Shown here piece after piece: positions 1-7,345 of a stretch of DNA of 31,303 nucleotides; the first letter of the stretch is position 1, and every line of letters begins with the position of its first letter. Both the position numbers and the translations under genes were made by a program. Below the pieces are notes generated by a model. That model made no database searches. It was given only the letters and a program-made list of their open reading frames with translations, and was not told the DNA's origin. This stretch comes from a virus: positions 1 to 31,303 of IMG/VR virus record IMGVR_UViG_646311906_000001; one strand, given 5' to 3'.

Positions 1-630
1 ATGCATATCATTCGTATCAGGGCTTTTCTCAAGTTCATTGATCATCCTATTGCGAATCTAATCGAACTTCCGAAAGTTCCTAAGAGACGGAGGAGACTTG
101 TGATTAAAGTCGAGCACGTCAGAGATCTACTCAGGGAAATTGACGAGAAGCTTAGTGGTCCCTACAGGCTCAAGCTCAAGTCGGCTGTTTTACTATCAGC
201 CACGAGCGGATTAAGGGCTGAGGAACTCTACAAACTCAGACTTGAGGATATTGACCTTGAAAACAGAACGATTTTTGTAAGGGCTGAGATAGCCAAAGAC
301 TACGAGGATCGTGTTACTTTCTTCTCGAAAGAGGCTCAAGATGTTTTAGAGGAATATTTGAACACTTTTAAGCCTTCAAATCCCTTATTCAGTAAGAAGA
401 GTTTACTTCATCAATTTTCAAAGCTCGACACGAGGTTAAGAATGAAGCACATGCGTAAGTTCTTCAGTCAGCAGTCTGACAGGTTAGGAATGCCCACTGC
501 CGTGAAGAAGATATTAATGGGACACTCCACCGCTGGAGATGTTGATTTATCCCACTACGATTTCCAAGATGAAGAAGAGCTTAAAAAAATTTACGACGAA
601 TACTGGAAGAATTTTAGGATTTTAGGCTAA
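1..630 (+). CDS. int: Tyrosine recombinase/integrase, catalytic domain (probably 5'-truncated by the window)
   Basis: Catalytic set R72 (SGLRAEE), K99, K-H-M-R152, H175 (LMGH), Y186. At 209 aa it lacks most of the core-binding domain. Confidence 0.9.
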   Translation: MHIIRIRAFLKFIDHPIANLIELPKVPKRRRRLVIKVEHVRDLLREIDEKLSGPYRLKLKSAVLLSATSGLRAEELYKLRLEDIDLENRTIFVRAEIAKDYEDRVTFFSKEAQDVLEEYLNTFKPSNPLFSKKSLLHQFSKLDTRLRMKHMRKFFSQQSDRLGMPTAVKKILMGHSTAGDVDLSHYDFQDEEELKKIYDEYWKNFRILG

Positions 631-642
631 GCTAGGTGTGTC

Positions 643-684
643 TGGATGCTATCAACGTCATCAATAATCAGATGATAGCATCCA
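643..684. repeat. 12-bp perfect inverted repeat with an 18-nt spacer carrying CTGA-TTAT-TGATGA on the minus strand
   Basis: TGGATGCTATCA (643-654) / TGATAGCATCCA (673-684), read directly. Confidence 0.85.
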
Positions 685-707
685 TCATTCTTGGGTCTCA
701 TTGGATT

Positions 708-753
708 CGGGGATACATCTCCTCGACCCCGTTCACCGTGCACCCTCACACGG
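708..753. repeat. Two GC-rich hairpins in the int-downstream intergenic region
   Basis: CGGGG(708-712)/CCCCG(727-731) and CCGTG(736-740)/CACGG(749-753). Confidence 0.55.
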
Positions 754-831
754 CACATCTCAAACAACATTAATGATGCGAACTTGTAAAGTTTTCTCGA
801 TTGCACTTGACAGCATTAGACAGCAAGTTTA

Positions 832-954
832 TCAAAAATATAAATTATACAGCGCTCTGATTAGGAATATTGGTTTTCCAAGCTCTTTGGCTATTTCTTC
901 TGGTGATTTCCCCTCAGTTTTTAGTTCTTTCACTATGTCAAGCAACTTGGTCAT
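832..954 (-). CDS. 40-aa HTH-like protein, missing from the ORF track (MTKLLDIVKELKTEGKSPEEIAKELGKPIFLIRALYNLYF)
   Basis: Translated by hand. ATG directly follows the upstream TAA, GAGGTGA RBS at 966-960, HTH signature SPEEIAKELG. Confidence 0.75.
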   Translation of the reverse strand: MTKLLDIVKELKTEGKSPEEIAKELGKPIFLIRALYNLYF

Positions 955-1296
955 TTAAATCACCTCGTATATTGGTGTTCCAGCTAACTTAACATACTCT
1001 TCGTTGATTTTGCCTAATTCAGCCATCAAAACAGCATTCTGGACTTCATCAGTTGTTTCTTCGAGTTTCTTCTTTATTTCTAATGCTTTCTGAGTTAATT
1101 CGGCAATTCTATTTTCTTCTTCGCTATAATCTTTCCATACCACAAACACTTGTCCAGACTCAAGGTTTACTCTAATCTCTGTTAGTGGATAGTTTGCTTC
1201 TGCAAGCTCTCTCAATTGTTTCTCATATCCACTCACTACATTTATCACTTCATCTACAATATCTCCAACAACTTCCTTACTTTCTGTTCTCAACAC
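955..1296 (-). CDS. Hypothetical protein downstream of the tail fibre (possible fibre chaperone)
   Basis: GTG start with GGAGGTGA RBS and a coiled-coil C-terminus. Function inferred from position only. Confidence 0.6.
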   Translation of the reverse strand: MLRTESKEVVGDIVDEVINVVSGYEKQLRELAEANYPLTEIRVNLESGQVFVVWKDYSEEENRIAELTQKALEIKKKLEETTDEVQNAVLMAELGKINEEYVKLAGTPIYEVI

Positions 1297-1307
1297 ATAT
1301 CACCTCC

Positions 1308-2894
1308 TCAAAATTCTAATATTTGTGGAGTTCCGAAATCGGCTGGGTCGGCGAGCTTGAGGACTTTTATATCGTCTATTTGCGTTTGGTAACCATTATT
1401 TGTTGCTGTTGAAGCTATAAAACCTATGTAGTCTCCACTGTCTTTTGTTGTTTGTGCTGAAACTTTTTCTACATCGTCTAAAAACGCTCTTACCGTGTTA
1501 CCATCATAAACTATCTTGAACTTATACCATTGGCCGAGGGTGTAACTCTGACTAACTGACTCTAAAATAGAAGCATCTCCGCTACTCCAGCTTCTGATTT
1601 CTATCGCATCTTTACTTGCGGCATAATAAACAACGCTCAAACCGTTGTATGGGTTATTGATATTACTAAACTGCCCATCCCATGCGAACGCTACTTGGAA
1701 AAGTCCATCGCTAACAAGGTTAAATTTACCTTCAATAATTATCGGTGGGTTTGGTTTTGATGTGTAGATTACACTCGAAGCATCTGAAACTGACTCCAAT
1801 GTTAAAACACCATCGTTTTCATTAACTCCTGTATTCTGTGTTGACCAAATCGCATCAATTTCTCCGTCCTCGAAATCATCAAATAACTCGAAAACTTGAC
1901 GTGCATCCTCGTAAGCCGATTTCGTCGCTGAAGGATTCCCGTAAGCTATGTTCAACTCTGAACTTCCTGCCGTCAAATTAACCCAAATCACCGCTTTCTT
2001 ATTGCTGTAATCAAACTCTTCAATCCAGAAATACAACTGCTCCTTAGCCTGATCAAACACCCTGATATCTGAACCATCCGACTTTACATTTGCCCAGAAA
2101 TCACTTGCAACAGCACCCTGAGCTTTCTGCGTTCCATCAGCTGAGTAAACTGTAACGTTATTCGAGTCAATCACGACTTTGTATTGTGCGTATTCCGATG
2201 GAGTGGTTGTGATGGGAATGTTGATATATTTTGTCCACAAACCGCCACCGTTGTTATCAAACGCATTATAGCCAAAAGAAAACTGAATTATGCCCCACCT
2301 TGTCTCATTTGGGTCGTAAAACCTCGGTGCGCCGTTGTAAAAGACTATTTCGTAATCTTTGGGTGTAGTTGGAAGTTCTGTAACAGCTTTGAATCCTATA
2401 TTTCTGAATATCGCTGGCTTGTCTGGTATGCTATCCCAGAATGGGGAATTGAAAAAGTCAGAAATTTTGCTTCTGGGCAAAGAGGGAATTCTATCAACGC
2501 TCAAAACACCGCTTACAATTTCTGAAGCATCGTGTTGATGTGCTGACGGTGGGTAAGTCGACGGCTTGTTCAGAATTTTATTCCAATCAACAGTCAGCTC
2601 TTGCCATCCTGAACCAGTCCCTCTGTAAATTTTATTCGTGTCCGTTGCGATGAACAACTCGGTAGTTTTCCCGCTTGCTGGCTTGTTCTCTTCTAAGTCT
2701 TGATATATTTTCGTAAGCCCAAGATTTCTTAAGAAAGTGATGATAGCAGCAATATCGTCAACGACGGCTTTGTTAAACCAATTATCGTATTCGGCTATTG
2801 GCTGTTCTCCAGCTTGGTAGCGAGCTTCTCCAGCAGGGGGTTCAACTCCTTGATCGTCCCAGCGTGATTTCTGAGTAGGAACATTGTTGCCCAT
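1308..2894 (-). CDS. Tail fibre/receptor-binding protein with DUF2341-like and C-terminal lectin-like beta domains
   Basis: N-terminal anchor (GEQPIAEYDNW), fibre motif PSTYPPSAHQH, DUF2341 signature KSDGSDIRV...LYFWIE...IWV...YGN...FDDF (aa about 265-342). Last gene of the baseplate cluster. Confidence 0.8.
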   Translation of the reverse strand: MGNNVPTQKSRWDDQGVEPPAGEARYQAGEQPIAEYDNWFNKAVVDDIAAIITFLRNLGLTKIYQDLEENKPASGKTTELFIATDTNKIYRGTGSGWQELTVDWNKILNKPSTYPPSAHQHDASEIVSGVLSVDRIPSLPRSKISDFFNSPFWDSIPDKPAIFRNIGFKAVTELPTTPKDYEIVFYNGAPRFYDPNETRWGIIQFSFGYNAFDNNGGGLWTKYINIPITTTPSEYAQYKVVIDSNNVTVYSADGTQKAQGAVASDFWANVKSDGSDIRVFDQAKEQLYFWIEEFDYSNKKAVIWVNLTAGSSELNIAYGNPSATKSAYEDARQVFELFDDFEDGEIDAIWSTQNTGVNENDGVLTLESVSDASSVIYTSKPNPPIIIEGKFNLVSDGLFQVAFAWDGQFSNINNPYNGLSVVYYAASKDAIEIRSWSSGDASILESVSQSYTLGQWYKFKIVYDGNTVRAFLDDVEKVSAQTTKDSGDYIGFIASTATNNGYQTQIDDIKVLKLADPADFGTPQILEF

Positions 2895-2912
2895 GTTTTA
2901 CTATGAGCTTAT

Positions 2913-2924
2913 AGACTTTAAAAA
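2913..2924 (-). promoter_or_regulatory. Late promoter motif for the tail fibre
   Basis: TTTTTAAAGTCT-N18-ATG(2894). Confidence 0.8.
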
Positions 2925-3521
2925 TCAAAGCAAACCAGCATAGGTTCCCGCATCAGGATTTGAATTAGCGAGGTCATTATAGCCCTTAGTTGGATCTGAC
3001 GTCTCTTCTATGCTACGGTAGGTAAATGTTCCTTGTTGATACGCTTTAACTTGTACGCCAGCTGGCTTAACTGCCTTGATTAGTTCCTGAAACTCTTCGA
3101 GTGTCAATCCAGCATTGTTGAGATCCTGAAGCCATATCCAGACTTCGAATAATGCTACTTCCAAATCGTAGCGATCCCTAACTCTTACCCTACTCGTTTT
3201 CGTGTTTAGAGCGACTGCAATGATCTCCTTGATGTCGTTAATCGTTGCCATATTCGAAATCTTTGAGAATGCCAGCTTTATTCTCGCTCTGAAGTGGTCA
3301 TCAGTCTCATTTTGTTTCCTCCTTACGTTAAACAGTGAAGCAATATAGTCAAGGCTCTTTCCAGTTGCAAAGTCCACTAAGTGAGCGTTTTTTATGTCGT
3401 TGACGACTTGTTCGATGTTGCTGAACTCCGAATCGACGACCTTCAGCAATTTGTAATTGTTCGAATCTGGATCCTTGCGGAAGGCTGTTGAAAGCAATCT
3501 TACAAGCTTATCTACTGCCAT
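2925..3521 (-). CDS. Baseplate wedge protein (P2 gpI/DUF2612-like)
   Basis: Follows baseplate J. Motif ATGKSLDYIASLFNVRR...ETDDHFRARI. Confidence 0.75.
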   Translation of the reverse strand: MAVDKLVRLLSTAFRKDPDSNNYKLLKVVDSEFSNIEQVVNDIKNAHLVDFATGKSLDYIASLFNVRRKQNETDDHFRARIKLAFSKISNMATINDIKEIIAVALNTKTSRVRVRDRYDLEVALFEVWIWLQDLNNAGLTLEEFQELIKAVKPAGVQVKAYQQGTFTYRSIEETSDPTKGYNDLANSNPDAGTYAGLL

Positions 3522-3531
3522 GCTATCGCCC

Positions 3532-4707
3532 TCAGCTTATCGTAACTGTGATCTTGTCATCATCAGTTACAGCGATCTCGTTGTCGGCAATTGCAATGTT
3601 TGAGGTTCCAGCAGGTGGGGAAGTCTTGCCTATTTTCACGGTTGCATCGGCTACTCCCGGAACTCTCATGACTGCTGCAACGACTTTGTTGTAGATCACA
3701 TCATCTCCAAGCTCAAGCGTGTCGAAGTAGGCTTTAATTGCATCCTTGATCTCCTGCTCAGTCGCATCGGTCCCATCAGTTGTAACCTGCACGTCGATGT
3801 AAATTGGAACTTCAGTCGGTCTTTCGAAGTAAACGGTATGCGGGTTTCCGTCGATGTCGTAAGCAATGGCTGAAACGCTACCGTAAGGCTGGATTCCTGC
3901 AGGCTTGGCATCGAAAATCGCCTGAGCAACGGCTTGATCGTCGCCACCCCACACGAAAACACGAAAACTCTTAGGTGGTAGTCCACCTTCAGCAGTGTAG
4001 TCATTCATCGTATCGTTTTCTTCGATTTTAACAGATTTTACTCCTTCAACGCTTTTAACCCTCGCAACTATTGCATCAAGCGTAGCCCTACCGAGCGACT
4101 GAATCGTCGCCTTGATTCTATAACGGAATTCCTCGTCAGTTTCAGCATCTCTACCACCGCTCGTCGGTTCTGGGTTTGTGACTGACTCAATCCCCGAAAT
4201 TGGATCAATGATTTTGGTGATTGTGTTTGTAGCTACATTTCCGGCTGAGCCGGGTTCGACGGCTTCAATCGGAGCATCGACACTTGTGTCTCCAGCTTTG
4301 AGAACTACCGCTTCCGTTGTTTTGAAAATTACTGATTCATCCGACGTTGCAACTCTCGTTCCAGCTGGAATTATGATATCGGAAGTTGTAGGGGTTGATC
4401 TGCTGAATGTTACGGTTCCAGTTGCCTTCCTTGCTTCAATTCTCTTATAGCCGACAAGGGCCGCAAGGAAATCTAAACTTGAGCCAGTTGCGAAATCAAT
4501 GAACCCAGCATAGTAAGCATCCTCTGCCAACTGCCACAATTCATCTTCCCTCTTCGCCACGATTTCAAGGAATCTGAGCAGTCGAGAATTTTCCGATAAG
4601 TCGATGTCCTCTCCGAACTCTTGTTTTGCAAGTTGCTTTAATTCTTCCAGAATAACGCTGTAGGGCTTAGGTATGAATCCTGAAGAAGTAACGCCGTATT
4701 CGGTCAT
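3532..4707 (-). CDS. Baseplate J-like protein
   Basis: ATGSSLDFLA, A.EPGSAGNV, GGRDAETDEEFRYRI motifs typical of gpJ. Confidence 0.92.
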   Translation of the reverse strand: MTEYGVTSSGFIPKPYSVILEELKQLAKQEFGEDIDLSENSRLLRFLEIVAKREDELWQLAEDAYYAGFIDFATGSSLDFLAALVGYKRIEARKATGTVTFSRSTPTTSDIIIPAGTRVATSDESVIFKTTEAVVLKAGDTSVDAPIEAVEPGSAGNVATNTITKIIDPISGIESVTNPEPTSGGRDAETDEEFRYRIKATIQSLGRATLDAIVARVKSVEGVKSVKIEENDTMNDYTAEGGLPPKSFRVFVWGGDDQAVAQAIFDAKPAGIQPYGSVSAIAYDIDGNPHTVYFERPTEVPIYIDVQVTTDGTDATEQEIKDAIKAYFDTLELGDDVIYNKVVAAVMRVPGVADATVKIGKTSPPAGTSNIAIADNEIAVTDDDKITVTIS

Positions 4708-5057
4708 ACGACCACCTCAACATCGATTTTTCCAGAATCGAGCGTGAGGTAGAGCTTGATTTTGACTTTTCTATTAGCATCAGGCTCAGAAATCTCAATT
4801 TTGTCGATAGACTTAATTTTGTCGTAGCCAGCGAGGGCTTTGCGGATTTCGTGTTCAATTAGCATTCTGTTGTAACCGCTTCGCTTAATTTTGAGCCAGT
4901 CCACACCGAAATCTGGATGAAAAGCATCTGATCCCTTAACACATTTCAGGATGTGAACTATATCCTGCTTTACCTTATCGGCTGATGAAACTGAAGGGAT
5001 CCGTTTCAAGCTGTCAATAACGAGATCCCCAGTCGTGTCGAACTTGAAATCTTGCAT
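4704..5057 (-). CDS. Baseplate wedge/sheath initiator (gp25/gpW-like)
   Basis: FHPDFGVDW motif, size, position immediately upstream of gpJ. Confidence 0.8.
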   Translation of the reverse strand: MQDFKFDTTGDLVIDSLKRIPSVSSADKVKQDIVHILKCVKGSDAFHPDFGVDWLKIKRSGYNRMLIEHEIRKALAGYDKIKSIDKIEISEPDANRKVKIKLYLTLDSGKIDVEVVV

Positions 5058-5075
5058 GTAAGATTGGGGAAGAAT

Positions 5076-5087
5076 AGACTTTAAAAA
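5076..5087 (-). promoter_or_regulatory. Late promoter motif for the wedge operon
   Basis: TTTTTAAAGTCT-N18-ATG(5057). Confidence 0.8.
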
Positions 5088-5093
5088 AAGAAA

Positions 5094-5624
5094 TCAAGAG
5101 TGCTTGTGCCACTCGCCTGACTCAGCATCCACCCCTCTAATTTGCTTGAAGTCGAGATTCCCATCTACGTAAACATCACCCTTGATTGTTATCTTACCAT
5201 CTTGCTGAAATTTGATGTAATTGCCTGATTTATGCTCGATCAGGAGCTCATCTTTGCCTATTGTTGGAATCGAATCGACTAATGTGAATAATCCACCGAA
5301 AACGATCGCATTGTTTAGATTAAACTTGAGGAGCTCGTTTACATCAACAGCTTCTTTATTCTTGAGCTGTTCTACGAGTTCGTATTTTGAGAACAGAACC
5401 AAAACGATATCCCCCTCAGCCGGAGAAATTACTATCGTTCCAGCGGAGGACTTCAGACAAGCTATCGGCACATCGAACAGCTCTATCTCGTTGCCTTGAA
5501 TCTTATGCTTCAGCTTGACATTACACCTGAGTTTTTTCAAATCGACCTGCGTAATTATGCCCAATGCGACAGTGTTGATGTTATCGAGCTTTACATCGAT
5601 CAGCTTCTTGATCTGCTCGATCAT
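5094..5624 (-). CDS. Baseplate central spike (gpV/Gp138-like); start revised to ATG 5624
   Basis: N-terminal OB-type region (PAEGDIVLVLF) and C-terminal HxH apex motif (WHKHS). GGAGGTG RBS and ATGA overlap with the hub stop support start 5624. Confidence 0.85.
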   Translation of the reverse strand: MIEQIKKLIDVKLDNINTVALGIITQVDLKKLRCNVKLKHKIQGNEIELFDVPIACLKSSAGTIVISPAEGDIVLVLFSKYELVEQLKNKEAVDVNELLKFNLNNAIVFGGLFTLVDSIPTIGKDELLIEHKSGNYIKFQQDGKITIKGDVYVDGNLDFKQIRGVDAESGEWHKHS

Positions 5625-6490
5625 AATGGCGACACCTCCGCTTCCGTGTAATACTCCTCTCCTCTGCAAACATGCTTGAACTTTGTGACCTTGAAGTTGC
5701 CCGAAACTGTGATCGAGTTTATTTGAACGAGCGTTCCTTGCCTAATCCTCCAGTTAAAGATACAACGAACCTTGTAGGCTGATTTCTTCCCCTCTTCGCT
5801 GACATCTTGGACTTCCATCAATCCGCTTTCAGAGTCGAGAACTATTGCTTCAGCGTTGTAGTTTCTCTTGACAAAATAACCCATCCCATCCTGCCCGACG
5901 AAGACTGTGTAGAGATCGGATATCTCGCCGATTCTCGCTAAAGCCCCATCGAGTTGCAGTCCCTTGATCTTGTTACCGTTCACGAGTGGGAGAATCTGCT
6001 CGGTAAGGATTGCGTGAGGAGTCGAAGTTGTTGTTCCTCCGAAGACCATGTCTTTTTCAAGCGTAATACCCGGATCTTCTATCTTGCCAACTGGAATCCC
6101 TGCCTCAGCAAAGAGATCTTTAACAATATCTGCAATAGAGGTTCCCTTCGGATACTTCTTGCAGATCGGTTTAGCCATGAATAGTTGCTTGGTCATGTCC
6201 GAGGCTTGCAGAACAGTTTTGACGTCTGCTCCATCCCTCTCATCCCAAACCTTGTCAATCTTGCCGTAGAAAACGATCCCGTAATCGTCTTTGTAGCCAG
6301 CTTTAAGCTGGACTAGTTCATCTTTCTTGAAAGCCGATTTAGATTGTCCAAGATTGTAAACTGCTATTTCAGCGGTTCCAGCTTTACTTTCATCATCGTT
6401 CTCGATCACAAATTCTATATCTAAATCGTCAAGGGTGATGACTGTCGAGCCTACTTGTAATTCGACCATACGGTCCCAGAACTCAGGCAA
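5621..6490 (-). CDS. Baseplate hub protein (gp27/Mu gp44-like)
   Basis: LKAGY...IVFYGKI and LDSESGLM motifs, position before the spike. Confidence 0.8.
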   Translation of the reverse strand: MPEFWDRMVELQVGSTVITLDDLDIEFVIENDDESKAGTAEIAVYNLGQSKSAFKKDELVQLKAGYKDDYGIVFYGKIDKVWDERDGADVKTVLQASDMTKQLFMAKPICKKYPKGTSIADIVKDLFAEAGIPVGKIEDPGITLEKDMVFGGTTTSTPHAILTEQILPLVNGNKIKGLQLDGALARIGEISDLYTVFVGQDGMGYFVKRNYNAEAIVLDSESGLMEVQDVSEEGKKSAYKVRCIFNWRIRQGTLVQINSITVSGNFKVTKFKHVCRGEEYYTEAEVSPL

Positions 6491-6770
6491 ACACCCACAC
6501 CTCCGCAGTCTTTTCGTTTACATTCCAAGGCAGGATTACGAACAGAGTTTCATAAGTTTGCGGGTCTTTAATCTCAAACGGATTCTTTTCTACCAATTTG
6601 CCCTCAAAAACTATCTCATCATCTTCGAGCCTGCGAATCCTAAGAACTGCAAAGTTCCCTTGATAGTTCCAGCGATAGAATAGGCGATAAGCGGTATTGT
6701 TAATCTTAACGAGCTGTTTTTGTGGATAACCTAATTTTGGATCAAATGGAAGCACTTTGACCGATGGCAT
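6483..6770 (-). CDS. Small baseplate protein
   Basis: Conserved-looking YRLFYRWN motif, located between tube initiator and hub. Confidence 0.6.
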   Translation of the reverse strand: MPSVKVLPFDPKLGYPQKQLVKINNTAYRLFYRWNYQGNFAVLRIRRLEDDEIVFEGKLVEKNPFEIKDPQTYETLFVILPWNVNEKTAEVWVFA

Positions 6771-7316
6771 TTAACCACCTCCGAAACCGAATATCCCACC
6801 TAAAAACGAAACTACGCTATCTAACCAGCTCTGACTTCCTTGAGGTTGCTTTGGAGCTTGAGGGACTTGTTTAGTCTGTGGGGTTATGGCTGTATTTCCT
6901 CCCTTCGTTTCTTTATCATCGTTTTCATTCGGTGTGACCTGAAGCTGTTGAAGCGGTATCTCAGCAGTCTTAGCTTTAGCTTTCAGGATTTGCTTGACTC
7001 TCACGACAGCTCTAAACGTATTTTTCGAGCCTCCTTGGGTTATTGTAAGCTCCCTAATCACGACATCCTCGAAAACTCCAGCTTTGCAAACGAGCTCCGT
7101 CGGTTCTTTTGCCTCATAAAGCTGTTTTAAAGCCTCGATTTCATTCTCGAGCAGGGTCAAGGTTAGTTGGAACTCTGCAGGTTGGAAGAAGATGTGATCT
7201 GCCACAGGATAGCCGTCTTCTACCTTGTGTTCAGGAACAACAGCAGATTGAGTAAGATCGACAATCTCAACGGCTGTAAATTCTTGTCCACTAAGCAGAA
7301 TTTTTTCTTCAGCCAT
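6771..7316 (-). CDS. Tail tube initiator/Dit-like protein
   Basis: VPEHKVEDGYPVADH motif, directly after the tape measure. Confidence 0.75.
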   Translation of the reverse strand: MAEEKILLSGQEFTAVEIVDLTQSAVVPEHKVEDGYPVADHIFFQPAEFQLTLTLLENEIEALKQLYEAKEPTELVCKAGVFEDVVIRELTITQGGSKNTFRAVVRVKQILKAKAKTAEIPLQQLQVTPNENDDKETKGGNTAITPQTKQVPQAPKQPQGSQSWLDSVVSFLGGIFGFGGG

Positions 7317-7334
7317 GCTTTAAAAGAATAGAAA

Positions 7335-7345
7335 AGACTTTAAAA
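7335..7345 (-). promoter_or_regulatory. Late promoter motif for the hub/spike operon
   Basis: TTTTAAAGTCT-N18-ATG(7316), starting right after the tape-measure TAA. Confidence 0.8.

Noticed and set aside
631-831. Possible tRNA or att site next to the integrase
   Set aside because: No cloverleaf or T-loop motif, and no direct repeat noticed elsewhere in the window. att probably lies outside.
701-958. 85-aa plus-strand ORF
   Set aside because: No RBS, unprotein-like composition, antisense to the better-supported 832-954 ORF and spans the hairpins.
1361-1372. ATATAAAAGTCC, resembling the late motif, inside the fibre gene 3' end
   Set aside because: No ATG at the expected distance. It could be a leadered internal promoter but is not supportable from sequence.
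1308-2894. Diversity-generating retroelement acting on the tail fibre
   Set aside because: No reverse transcriptase and no TR/VR repeat pair seen.
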